Source of the DNA: an uncultured delta proteobacterium
Lineage (GTDB): Bacteria; Desulfobacterota; Binatia; Binatales; Binataceae
NCBI GenBank assembly: GCA_963734845.1
Contig: CAVTIS010000010.1
Location: forward strand, 28,795 to 92,794
DNA length: 64,000 nt
Reading direction: 5' to 3'
The notes under the pieces are model-generated. The model saw only the letters and a list, made by a program, of their open reading frames with translations, was not told the DNA's origin and did not search any database. Made by a program: the position numbers and the translations under genes. Position 1 is the stretch's first letter. Each line of letters opens with the position of its first letter. Below are positions 40,574-49,806 of this stretch, in pieces.

Positions 40574-41092
40574 TCAGCGCCGGCGCGCCGACTTGCGCCG
40601 CGGCCGCGCCGCCGGCGCGACCGCGCCCTTGCGCGGCGCACGGCCCTTGGATGCGGGCACTGCGCGGACGGCGGCCGTGGGCCGCGTCGCGGTGGTCGCC
40701 GTGGGACCCGCGTACGCGTCGGCTTCGATTTCCACCAGCATGTCGGGATGCACCAATCGGGTGACCTGGACCACGGTCGAAGCGGGCGGCGCCGCGCCGA
40801 ACATCTCCTGATGCGCGCGCGCCACGTCGATGAAGCGGTCGAGTTCTGTCACGTAGACTCGGGTGCGCACCACCCGCTCAAGTCCGAGTCCGAGCCGGCT
40901 GAGCGCCGCCGCGATATTGGCGATCGCCTGGCGCGTCTGCACGTAGATTTGTCCGCGGCCGACCAGCTGTCCGTGCTCGTCGAGGCCGGTGCTGCCCGAG
41001 ACCGCCACCCACTCGCCCGCCCTCACAGCGCGCGAGTAGCCGAAGATTGGTTCCCAGAGCGCAGCGCTGGAGATACGGACGATATCATCCAT
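40574..41092 (-). CDS. RidA/YjgF family protein with basic C-terminal tail
   Basis: WE...GYSRAVR.G....VSG.TG, VVRTRVY, PAST.V.V..L..P..LVEIEA. Confidence 0.9.
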   Translation of the reverse strand: MDDIVRISSAALWEPIFGYSRAVRAGEWVAVSGSTGLDEHGQLVGRGQIYVQTRQAIANIAAALSRLGLGLERVVRTRVYVTELDRFIDVARAHQEMFGAAPPASTVVQVTRLVHPDMLVEIEADAYAGPTATTATRPTAAVRAVPASKGRAPRKGAVAPAARPRRKSARRR

Positions 41093-41217
41093 AACAGTGG
41101 CCTCCCGCCAAGTGGCCTGCCGCGGCAGACGCTTCGCGGCGGCCCTCCGAAGCAGTCTGCTTCGAAGCGCTCTCTGTCCGAGAATGATTTACGAGCGCCC
41201 AGCGGCGCCGGGCGCAT

Positions 41218-41373
41218 CTAGCGATCGCGCGACGGCCACAATTCTTCGATTTCGCGCGCCACCGAGCGCATCGGTGAGCCGGTCGGACGCCCGCTCGGCA
41301 CCAGCCAGCGCATCAGGTCACCCAGGCGCGAGGTTACCGCCGATTCCTGCGGCCTCCCGCGCTTCATGTCCAT
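41218..41373 (-). CDS. small hypothetical protein (~51 aa)
   Basis: MDMKRGRPQ...REIEELWPSRDR; strong GC3 codon bias; GGAG upstream. Confidence 0.45.
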   Translation of the reverse strand: MDMKRGRPQESAVTSRLGDLMRWLVPSGRPTGSPMRSVAREIEELWPSRDR

Positions 41374-41624
41374 GTCGTGTTCGACTACCCGCTCCACCCC
41401 AGGAGATTCGAGCATTCCCGCCGAGATGCTAAAACGACGACGCTCCGCCACAACCACGTCCTCCTATGCTACTTCGCTCGCAATAATACATACTGCAGTG
41501 GTGACACGCAAAATTCGCGTGTGATTTCGTCCACAGTCGGCGCGCTCCGACTGCGGTCGAGCTTGAACTAAACCGCCCTGCCGAAGTAGTTTGAGGTTGG
41601 GGTCCCTACATCAAGGAGGTTGCG

Positions 41625-41819
41625 ATGCGCAAATATCTAGTACTGGCGTTGATCCCGATGTTCTTCGGTGCGATGGCTTGTCAGAAGAGCGAAGAGCCCG
41701 CACCTGAGAGTTCCGCTCCTGCGGCTTCTGCCGAAGCCAGCCCCGCGCCCGGCGAAGCGGCGCCCCCTAGCGGCGGCGCGATGGAAGCGAGTCCCGCGCC
41801 GTCTCCAGCGGCCCCGTAA
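41625..41819 (+). CDS. small Pro/Ala/Ser-rich lipoprotein
   Basis: AAGGAGG RBS, signal peptide with lipobox-like AMAC, disordered mature part. Confidence 0.75.
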   Translation: MRKYLVLALIPMFFGAMACQKSEEPAPESSAPAASAEASPAPGEAAPPSGGAMEASPAPSPAAP

Positions 41820-42010
41820 GGGTCTTCTTAAGGCAAGCTTTTTATTTCGAGTTTCTCGGTCGCTGCGCGCCGGCCCGTTCAGGGCCGGCGCGCAGCCGAC
41901 AACCCAGTGCTGGATGTTCGCGTGCCGGATGTCTTGGGCGGGGCGAGAAGCGGCCGCTTCGGTCATCCGTCTTCCCGTCTGCGGTAATCCGCTCTTCCGC
42001 CCGCTCTGCA

Positions 42011-42201
42011 GTCACCCCGAGCGGAGGCTGCCGGAGTCGAGCGACCCCGGATATTTTTCGTACCGCGGCCCTCGCGTTGTGCCGCCGCCCTCGCGATGGT
42101 TGCTCAGAAAAGCTCGGAGTCCCTCGACTCGCGCAACGCTCTCTCGGCGCAACGCTTGCTCAGAGCAACCTCGATTCCGGCAGCCTTCGCTAAAGGATGA
42201 C
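42011..42201. repeat. REP/MITE-like palindromic element (GTCATCC family)
   Basis: GTCACCCCGAGCGGAGGCTGCCGGAGTCGAG ... CTCGATTCCGGCAGCCTTCGCTAAAGGATGAC long imperfect inverted repeat. Confidence 0.75.
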
Positions 42202-42298
42202 CGGATAAGCGGGATGATCCGGATCAGGATGATCCGGAAAAGTAGCCTTCGCCGAGAATCGCCAGAGCAGCGGAGAGCTTAATGAATATCTCGCCCTG

Positions 42299-42871
42299 CT
42301 AGATCGGCTTTTCACCCGAGAACGGATCGTCCGCGAACGGATCGTCGTCGTGCACGCCTTCGATGTCGGGATCATGATGCGGCTCCAGGCCAAGGCCTCG
42401 GCTATGCACGATCTCGCGTGCCCTGGTGGCCGAGTCGCGTGCCAGTTTCGCCAATTCGGCAGACGTGCGGCGCACCTCTTCGCTCTTGTCGTGCAGTTGG
42501 GCGCGCAACTCCTCGACCTTGGCCAGCGCCGCGCGGCGCGCCTGCTCCAGCGTGTGGTTTTCCTGTGCCGCGCGTTTGATTTGCGCCGCGAGCTTTAACC
42601 CCTGCGCGCGCAACGCCGTCATCTGCTTGGCCACGGCGTCGCGGGCCCGCTTGGCCTCGGCGACGAGGCGCTGGTCGAGCTTGCGCTTCCCGGCCTCGGC
42701 GACCAGGGTCTTACGCAGCTTGCTTACCATCGCTTCGAGCTGGGCTACGTGGCCGGGCGAGGCGGATTTGCCTGATTTGGCCGCCTTGGCTGGTTTGCGC
42801 GCTTTGCCGGATTTGGCCGGTCCGCCCGCGGTTCTTTTGCGCGTCTGCGATACTCGCTTCTTTGCCGCCAT
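42299..42871 (-). CDS. hypothetical protein: histone-H1-like basic N-terminus, coiled coil, acidic tail
   Basis: GAGGGAG RBS; AKK/KPAKAAK region; heptad-rich middle; DDDPFADDPF end. Confidence 0.7.
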   Translation of the reverse strand: MAAKKRVSQTRKRTAGGPAKSGKARKPAKAAKSGKSASPGHVAQLEAMVSKLRKTLVAEAGKRKLDQRLVAEAKRARDAVAKQMTALRAQGLKLAAQIKRAAQENHTLEQARRAALAKVEELRAQLHDKSEEVRRTSAELAKLARDSATRAREIVHSRGLGLEPHHDPDIEGVHDDDPFADDPFSGEKPI

Positions 42872-43047
42872 CGTGTGATTCTCCCTCGTCCTGGGATTTC
42901 CAGCGCCGCTCCGATGGTGAGCTAAGTCCGATTTTCCGATTAAATCAACGCGCGAACTAAATCAACGACCTGAATAATCAACAGTAAGCGATGGCCGGGA
43001 GGCCAAGCGGCCCGTCCGCGCAACCATCGCCTAGCGGGAGGTAAGCC

Positions 43048-44514
43048 ATGGCCGGAGCGGCGGCGGATACGGCGGGACCGTATGGACTGAAAGCGGAACT
43101 CTCGCTGTTCGATTCAATCACGATTGTCGCCGGTTCGATGATCGGGTCGGCGATCTTTATCGTCTCGGCCGATATCGCGCGCCACGTGGGATCGCCGGCC
43201 GCTCTGCTCGCGGTATGGATCGCCGCCGGCCTGATGACTATCGCCGGGGCGCTTGCCTACGGCGAACTGGCGGCGATGATGCCGCAGGCGGGCGGCCAGT
43301 ACGTTTACCTGCGCGAGGCCTACGGCGGGATGCCGGCGTTCCTGTTCGGATGGACCCTGTTGCTGGTTATTCAGACCGGCACGATCGCGGCGGTGGCCGT
43401 AGCCTTCGCGCGGTTCGGCGCGGTGTTGTGGCCGGCGCTGGGCGGCCCGATGTGGTTCGGATGGCAGGGCGTGGGGCTCAACGCCGAGCGCGCCGGGGCG
43501 ATCGCGGTGATCGCGTTTCTCACCTTCGTCAACCTGCGCGGGCTCGACATGGGGCGGGCGGTGCAGAATTTTTTCACCAGCGCCAAGGTGCTCTCGCTGG
43601 GACTGATAATTCTGCTCGGATGTATCGTGGCGCCCAATCGTAACGCGGTCGAGATCAACTTCGTCAATGGTTTTTTTGGCGCCGGACAGTGGTCGATGGG
43701 CTTCGTCGCCGCCTTTGGCGCCGCGATGGTCGGGTCGCTGTTCGCGGCCGACGCCTGGGCCACCGTCACCTTTACCGCGGCTGAGATTCGCAACCCCAAG
43801 CGCGACCTGCCGCGCGCACTCGCGCTCGGCACCGGCCTGGTAATCCTGCTCTACGTGCTCGCCAACCTCGCCTACCTCTGCCAACTCCCGGTCCTCGCAA
43901 CGCCCGCGGCCGGGCCCGGCCCCGGCGCCGACGCGCTCCGGCGCCAGGTCTTCGGCCTCGGGATCGCGGGCGCGCCGCATGACCGCGTCGCGGCGGCGGC
44001 GATGCAGATGGTGTGGGGTAGCGTCGGCGGGGTCGTCACCGCGGTGCTGGTGATGCTCTCGACCTTCGGATGCGCCAACGGTCTGATTCTGACCGGCGCG
44101 CGGGTGCTCTATGCGATGGCGCATGACGGTGTGTTTTTCGCCATCGCCGGCCGCCTCAACCGCGCTCGCGTGCCCGCCGCCGCGCTGATCATGCAATCCG
44201 TATGGGCCGCGGTGCTGACCCTCTCGGGGACTTACTCGGAGCTGCTCGACTACGTGATTTTCGCCCAGCTCCTCTTCTATGTGATTACGGTCGGCGCAGT
44301 ATTCGTGATGCGCGCGCGGCGTCCCGACGCGCCGCGGCCATATCGCGCCTGGGGCTATCCGTGGCTGCCCGCGGCTTACGTCGTGGCGGCGGTAGCGCTG
44401 ATGGCCGATCTGCTGGTGGTCAAGCCGCGCTACACCTGGGGCGGGCTGCTGATCGTACTGAGCGGCGTGCCGGTCTATATGTACTTGCGCCGCCGCGCAC
44501 TGCGCGCTGCATAG
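43048..44514 (+). CDS. APC-family amino acid permease
   Basis: GSMIGSAIF, YGELAAMMP.AGG.YVYL..AYG, AAEIRNPKRDLP, RPYRAWGYP. Confidence 0.92.
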   Translation: MAGAAADTAGPYGLKAELSLFDSITIVAGSMIGSAIFIVSADIARHVGSPAALLAVWIAAGLMTIAGALAYGELAAMMPQAGGQYVYLREAYGGMPAFLFGWTLLLVIQTGTIAAVAVAFARFGAVLWPALGGPMWFGWQGVGLNAERAGAIAVIAFLTFVNLRGLDMGRAVQNFFTSAKVLSLGLIILLGCIVAPNRNAVEINFVNGFFGAGQWSMGFVAAFGAAMVGSLFAADAWATVTFTAAEIRNPKRDLPRALALGTGLVILLYVLANLAYLCQLPVLATPAAGPGPGADALRRQVFGLGIAGAPHDRVAAAAMQMVWGSVGGVVTAVLVMLSTFGCANGLILTGARVLYAMAHDGVFFAIAGRLNRARVPAAALIMQSVWAAVLTLSGTYSELLDYVIFAQLLFYVITVGAVFVMRARRPDAPRPYRAWGYPWLPAAYVVAAVALMADLLVVKPRYTWGGLLIVLSGVPVYMYLRRRALRAA

Positions 44515-44526
44515 TCCGCTTCTGAA

Positions 44527-44730
44527 CCCTCTCCCGTCTCCTGGGTGATGAATGAGTGGGGGTCGAGGGAGGAAGCGCCGAATGCCTTTTTCCGCAGCGC
44601 TTCCTCGTCCTAATATTTCTCGCCGCGCACGCCCCGATTGCTCGCGCTAAAAGAAGCGGTTCACAGAGATTCATAAGAACCGCCTAAAGACCCCACCCCA
44701 ACCCTCCCCAAAACCGAGGGGGAGGGAGTC
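44527..44730. repeat. second REP-like family (CCCTC(T/C)CC...GGGAGGG palindromes)
   Basis: CCCTCTCCCG...GAGTGGGGGTCGAGGG and CCCCACCCCAACCCTCCCC...GGGGGAGGGAG between convergent genes. Confidence 0.6.
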
Positions 44731-44750
44731 AGTCGCTTTTGTCGTTCTCT

Positions 44751-45935
44751 CTAGTACGCGGCCTCCAGCAACTGCACCAGGTTCTCGCGCGTCACCGGGC
44801 GACCGACCGTGCTCGCGCGCTCGACCTCGTCCAGCACCGTGGCCGCGATGGTGCCGATCTCTTCGCGCGGAACGCCGGCGTCGCGCAGCCGATGAGGAAC
44901 CTCGAACTGCGCAATGAACTTCGCCATCCGCTCCGCACATTCCATCGCGGCCGCCCGCGGATTACGCTCGTCGAAGCGCACCCCCAGCCCCTCGGCGATC
45001 GGCCCGAAGCGCTCGGGCGCGACGTCCGCCATGAAGCGCATCACGTGCGGCAGCGTGATGCACGAGGTCACGCCGTGCGGCACGTCCCACATCGGACCGA
45101 TCTGATGGCCGAGCGCGTGCGAGATGCCGACGCGCGTGCTCATGATCCCGAAGATCGAAAACCACGCCGCGAGCTGGCATTGTCCGCGATGCGCCACCGA
45201 CTCGGCGCCGGTGGTCTTGAGCGAGGCCGGCAGATGATTGACCAGCAGCGAAATTGCGCGCGCCCCGAGCGTGTCGGCGATCAACTGATGGCGCGAGGAA
45301 TAGATGACTTCGACCGCATGGTCCATCGCGCGCATCCCGGTCGCCGTCCACAGCCAGGCCGGGGTTTCGAGCGTCAGCTCGGGATCGAGAATGATGGTGC
45401 GCGGCGCGAGACGCGGATCGACCACGCCGCCCTTGACGTTGCTCTTCTCGTCGGTGACCCCGCCGATCGGCGTGAACTCGCCGGCCGACAGCGTCGTCGG
45501 CATCGCGATATGAATGAGGTCGGGCCCGCCCACCACGTCGGCGGCTTCGAAGTCGATGGTGTGTGCGGCCGAAGAGCCGGGCCGGTCGCCCTCCAAAATA
45601 CGCTTGGCGGCGACCTTGACCGTGTCGATCGGGCTGCCGCCGCCGAAACTCACCATGCAATCCGCACCGGAGCGCTTGTACTCCTCGACCAGCGCGGCGA
45701 CCGTATGCGAAGGGACGTGCTGGCTTGCGCCTTTGAACACGCCCGCCAGGCGCGAGCCGGCCGCCGCAGTGACCTTGTCGAGCAGCCGGGACCCGCCCAG
45801 GGTTTTTCCGGTCACGATCAGCGCGCGCTTGAGTCCCCGGCGCTCGAGTTCGGGCCCGAGGCTCGCGGCCTTGCCCGGCCCGAAGGTCACCTTTTCCAGA
45901 CGCGTAAAGTTAAACTCACCCGTGACTGGGTCCAT
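44751..45935 (-). CDS. iron-containing alcohol dehydrogenase family (maleylacetate reductase-like)
   Basis: GGGSPID..K, PTTLSAGE, DP.LT, DHAVE, HALGH, PHG. Confidence 0.9.
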   Translation of the reverse strand: MDPVTGEFNFTRLEKVTFGPGKAASLGPELERRGLKRALIVTGKTLGGSRLLDKVTAAAGSRLAGVFKGASQHVPSHTVAALVEEYKRSGADCMVSFGGGSPIDTVKVAAKRILEGDRPGSSAAHTIDFEAADVVGGPDLIHIAMPTTLSAGEFTPIGGVTDEKSNVKGGVVDPRLAPRTIILDPELTLETPAWLWTATGMRAMDHAVEVIYSSRHQLIADTLGARAISLLVNHLPASLKTTGAESVAHRGQCQLAAWFSIFGIMSTRVGISHALGHQIGPMWDVPHGVTSCITLPHVMRFMADVAPERFGPIAEGLGVRFDERNPRAAAMECAERMAKFIAQFEVPHRLRDAGVPREEIGTIAATVLDEVERASTVGRPVTRENLVQLLEAAY

Positions 45936-46012
45936 CGCAATCACTCCCTCACACGCCTGCGAGATTGGTATGGCGCGCCCGGCATGTCCCGGGCGCCGCG
46001 CGCGCGGCGGTC

Positions 46013-47173
46013 TCAGTGCTTGATTACCACGAGCGTGCCGACCGGCAGAAGGGCTTCGAGCTCGTCGATCGCGCCGTTGTCGACCGAGACGCATCCGGTG
46101 GTCCAGTTGACGTTGCCGTCATTGAGGATTGGCTCGTCGGTGCCATGGATTCCGATCCCGTCGCCCGGGGAAATCGCGTGGCCTTTGAAGCGCGGCACTT
46201 CGCCCTGCGAAACCAGCTGTTCGTATCGTGCGCGGTCGACGCTGTTGGGGTAGTCGAGCTTGAGGAAATAACGCCAGCGCGAGTTAAGCCGCTTGGCGAT
46301 GATGGTGTAGGCGCCCTCGGGCGTGCGGCGGTCGCCCGACCAGAGCTTGGTTCCAGGGTCGAGGTTGCGCCCGAATACGGCGTGATACTCTTTGTAGAGA
46401 TGTCCGCGGAAATAGACGATCAGGCGATGCTGCGACTTGTAGACCATCACCGACCAATTGTACGGATTGCGCAGGATTTCAGGGTCGCTGGTGTTGCGGA
46501 GCGCGATCATGCCCGGCGTCGGCTGGTCCTTTTGATTTTGCGGATTTTGCCCCGCGGCGCCCGTGCTCGCGGAGTCATTGGCTGAAGGCGTCGCCGCCGG
46601 CGTCGCGGCGGCGCCACCGGGCGTGGATACCCACGTCGGCGCCATCGGAGGCGCGTCGCTGCCCGGCGGCGTAAGCGCCGCCAGGCTCGGCGTGGGCGCG
46701 CCGGCAGCCGGTGCGGCTGCGCTTACCGCCGCGCCACCGACCGAGAACGCTGGCGCAGCGGAACTCGCCGCGGTTACCGGCATCGCGGTGGCGGCGGATG
46801 CGGCGGCCGGATTCGCGGCGACGCTTGGGCTGGCGGAGGCCGTCGGTTGCACCGGCGGCAGTACTACCCACGCGGCCGGCGTCGGAACGGACGACATGGG
46901 TTGCGCAGCCGGCGACGCTGTAGGTGCGGGTGACGCTGCTGTGGCCTCGGGCGATGCCGTAGCGGTCGGCGACGCCGTGGCAGCCGGTGACGCCGTGGCA
47001 GCCGGTGACGCCGTGGCGGCTGGTGACGCCGTGACGGCTGGCGATGCTGTGGCGGCCGGCGATGCTGTGGCAGCGGGTGATGCCACGGCGGCTGACGTCG
47101 GGCTCGCGGCGCATCGAGTCGCGCCCACAAAAATCGCTCCTCCCAGAGCCAGCCGCAACCACACGCGTTTCAT
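46013..47173 (-). CDS. exported L,D-transpeptidase-family (YkuD) protein with ASPAAT repeats
   Basis: GDRRTPEG.Y, LDYPN, IGIHG, NWTTGCVS catalytic His/Cys motif; N-terminal signal peptide. Confidence 0.88.
   Translation of the reverse strand: MKRVWLRLALGGAIFVGATRCAASPTSAAVASPAATASPAATASPAVTASPAATASPAATASPAATASPTATASPEATAASPAPTASPAAQPMSSVPTPAAWVVLPPVQPTASASPSVAANPAAASAATAMPVTAASSAAPAFSVGGAAVSAAAPAAGAPTPSLAALTPPGSDAPPMAPTWVSTPGGAAATPAATPSANDSASTGAAGQNPQNQKDQPTPGMIALRNTSDPEILRNPYNWSVMVYKSQHRLIVYFRGHLYKEYHAVFGRNLDPGTKLWSGDRRTPEGAYTIIAKRLNSRWRYFLKLDYPNSVDRARYEQLVSQGEVPRFKGHAISPGDGIGIHGTDEPILNDGNVNWTTGCVSVDNGAIDELEALLPVGTLVVIKH
46948..47092. repeat. 18-bp imperfect tandem repeat encoding (ASPAAT)n
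   Basis: About 8 copies of GGYGAYGCYGTRRCRGCN-type units, visible in both DNA and protein. Confidence 0.85.
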
Positions 47174-47293
47174 CGAATCTCCCCCCCGCATCGTTCCCAG
47201 CCGCCGCAGCGTTATTGTGGAAGAGGTTGGCGGCCGGGTCAATTCTCTACTAGCCTTCTTCCAATAGTGATTAGGACCATAACTGGTGCTTCG

Positions 47294-47806
47294 ATGGATA
47301 AAGAACTCGCGCGCGCCTTTGCTTCATTCACCACCGGAATCTATGTGCTGACCGTGGTCGACGGCGGCCATCATCACGGGATGTCCTCGTCGTGGGCGAC
47401 CCAGGTCTCCGGCGAGCCGCCGCTGTTCACCGCGGCCGTCGATAACAATCACTTCTCGCGCGCCGCGCTGGCGCGCACGGGCGTGCTCGGCTTCAACGTG
47501 GTGGGCGCGCGCGGCAAGGCGCTGGAGGACTACTTCTACTCCTCGCGGGCGCGCCGGCCCGACAACCTGACCGATATCGAGTACGAACTGTCGCCTACTC
47601 TCGGCGTGCCGTGGCTCAAGCTGGCGATGGTCTCGATCGAGGCGCGGGTGGTCAACAGCGTAGTCGCCGGGGACCATACGATCTTCGTGGCCGCGCCTCA
47701 CGGCGTCCGCGTCGCGAGCAACGACCGGCCACTGACCTCGCTCGATCTCGACTACGTATATCTGGGCGGCCGCGAAGTGCTGCCGCGCGATCGTTCCGGG
47801 TGGTAG
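47294..47806 (+). CDS. flavin reductase-like protein
   Basis: FTTGIYVLT, GM..SW.TQVS.EPP, AGDHTIFV. Confidence 0.85.
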   Translation: MDKELARAFASFTTGIYVLTVVDGGHHHGMSSSWATQVSGEPPLFTAAVDNNHFSRAALARTGVLGFNVVGARGKALEDYFYSSRARRPDNLTDIEYELSPTLGVPWLKLAMVSIEARVVNSVVAGDHTIFVAAPHGVRVASNDRPLTSLDLDYVYLGGREVLPRDRSGW

Positions 47807-47922
47807 TTCGGTAGTCCGCCGTGGCCGCCCGCTCCGTTGGCGGCCGTTCGCCCCCGCTGATATCGTTAAATTGACCGTCGGCAAACCGCTCTGCTACCAT
47901 CCGCCGACGCGGAGCACCCTCG

Positions 47923-48399
47923 ATGCCTATCGATAAAAATGAACTGCGCCGAGTGATGGGCCATTTCGCCACCGGCGTAACTGTGATCACCACCGTCTCC
48001 AGCGACGGTAAACACTATGGCCTGACGGCGAACGCCTTCACCTCGGTCTCGCTGGACCCGCCGTTGTTGCTGATCTCCGTCGACAAGAAGGCCGAGAGCT
48101 ATCCCTTTTTCGAGGAGAGCAAGGTCTTCACCGTGAACATCCTGGCCGACGACCAGGAAGCGCTGTCGCGCCGCTTCGCGGTGAGTGGCGGCCCCAAGTT
48201 CGAAGGCGTGGCCTATCGGCCGGGCGCCAACGGAGCCGCAATCATTGACGGCACGCTGGGGTATATCGAGTGCAAGCTTTCCGCGACCTACCCCGGCGGC
48301 GACCACACAATCTATCTTGGCGAGATCCAGGAGGCGGCGACCGTCGACCGCAAACCCCTGCTGTTTTTCCGTGGCGGCTACCGCGCGCTCGGTGACTGA
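47923..48399 (+). CDS. flavin reductase (HpaC/RutF-like)
   Basis: RRVMGHFATGVTVIT, GLTANAFTSVSLDPPL, GGDHTIYLG, PLLFFRGGY. Confidence 0.92.
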   Translation: MPIDKNELRRVMGHFATGVTVITTVSSDGKHYGLTANAFTSVSLDPPLLLISVDKKAESYPFFEESKVFTVNILADDQEALSRRFAVSGGPKFEGVAYRPGANGAAIIDGTLGYIECKLSATYPGGDHTIYLGEIQEAATVDRKPLLFFRGGYRALGD

Positions 48400-49126
48400 A
48401 GCGGTCCACCTGCCCGGTGTCAGCGTCTTCCTGCCCTGTCATAACGAGGAAGGCAATATCGAACGAGTGGTGGCCGCGCTCGAGGCTGAACTGCCCCGGA
48501 TAGCCGATCGGCACGAAATCGTGGTGGTCGACGACGGCAGCCACGACCACACCGGCGAAATCGCCGATCGCCTGGCCGCTTCCAATCCTCACCTCAAGGT
48601 GGTGCATCATCCGGTCAATCGCGGCTATGGCGCTGCGGTAATCTCCGGCATCGCAGCCTGCCACGAGCCGTGGGTCGTGCTCTGCGACGGCGACGGCCAG
48701 TTCGCCGCCTCTGACATCGCGCGCCTGGCGGCGAAGGTGCCGGAATGCGACGTCGTGGTCGGCAACCGGACGCATCGCGCGGACCCGCTGATGCGCCGGA
48801 TCAACGGGAAAGCATGGACAGTGCTGATGCGGCTGCTGCTGGGCATCCGGGTGAGCGATATCGATTGCGGCCTAAAACTCTTCCGGCGCGATCTGCTGGA
48901 GGGGATCGACCTGCAGGCCAAGGGCGCGATGATCTCGGCCGAGCTGATGGCGCAGTTGGCCGGGCGGGGAGCGAAGATTTGCCAGGTCGACGTGAGTCAT
49001 CTGCCGCGCGTGGCCGGCGAGCAATCGGGAGCGAGCCTCAAGGTAATCGCACGCGCGTTCCGGGAGCTGTTTTTACTTTACGGGCGTCTGCGCAGAGCGC
49101 GAAACAAGACTGAAAGGGCGGATTGA
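48392..49126 (+). CDS. glycosyltransferase family 2 (DPM synthase-like)
   Basis: SVFLPCHNEE.NI, VVDDGS.D.T, NRGYGAA, DGDGQ, DIDCG.K; GTG start overlaps the upstream stop. Confidence 0.9.
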   Translation: MTEAVHLPGVSVFLPCHNEEGNIERVVAALEAELPRIADRHEIVVVDDGSHDHTGEIADRLAASNPHLKVVHHPVNRGYGAAVISGIAACHEPWVVLCDGDGQFAASDIARLAAKVPECDVVVGNRTHRADPLMRRINGKAWTVLMRLLLGIRVSDIDCGLKLFRRDLLEGIDLQAKGAMISAELMAQLAGRGAKICQVDVSHLPRVAGEQSGASLKVIARAFRELFLLYGRLRRARNKTERAD

Positions 49127-49326
49127 CCGCACCAGGCAGTGCGGATTTGCGGCGTGGAAGCCGCGAGCCAGCACCGCAAAACGTATGGCCGCTAGACGAA
49201 CTGCGTCAGTTAAACTCGCTGAACGCGGCTCGATTAGGCCGGTTTGGCTTGAGTTTCTCGATGGCACGGCAATGGCAATGACCTTAAACATGCGGCCTGC
49301 ACAGGCCGCCAAAGGATAAAGGAGAA

Positions 49327-49626
49327 ATGGGTATGAAGCGGACTTTAACAATCCTAAGTGCGGCGCTCTTCGCCGGCGCATTGAGTGTCCCGGCGGTGCA
49401 GGCGCAGGAGCCTGCGGCTCCGGCAGCGGGGGCTACGGCTGCAGCTCCGGCGGCTGAAGCTCCGGCTCCGGCGGCTGAAGCGTCGCCCGCAACGAAGAAG
49501 CATCACATGCGGCATCATCATCACAAGAAGTCCTCGATGAAGGGTGAGTCGGGCTCGACTGGCGCGACCGGTGGCGATACCGGTACGGCTCCGGCACCGT
49601 CGACTCCTCCGGCTGGCAGCAACTAG
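49327..49626 (+). CDS. small secreted His/Lys-rich low-complexity protein (Asr-like character)
   Basis: AAGGAG RBS, signal peptide AQA|QE, KKHHMRHHHHKK, hairpin plus T-run downstream. Confidence 0.75.
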   Translation: MGMKRTLTILSAALFAGALSVPAVQAQEPAAPAAGATAAAPAAEAPAPAAEASPATKKHHMRHHHHKKSSMKGESGSTGATGGDTGTAPAPSTPPAGSN

Positions 49627-49806
49627 CAGCGGCCGCCTGAAATAAACGGCCTGCGATGCCGTTTTGAGTGGGTTTCGGCTACGGCCCGCATAGGGCCGTA
49701 GTGCCCCCAAAGCGGCACTTTTTTCAAGCGCGCGATGCCAAATTGGCGTCGCGCGCTTTTTATTGACCTGATTTTCCTGCTAAGGTTTTCAAACCCGTTC
49801 TGCTCC

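Noticed and set aside
42196-42240. GGATGA(T)CCGGAT short repeats
   Set aside because: Three degenerate copies at the edge of a REP element; no independent evidence of function
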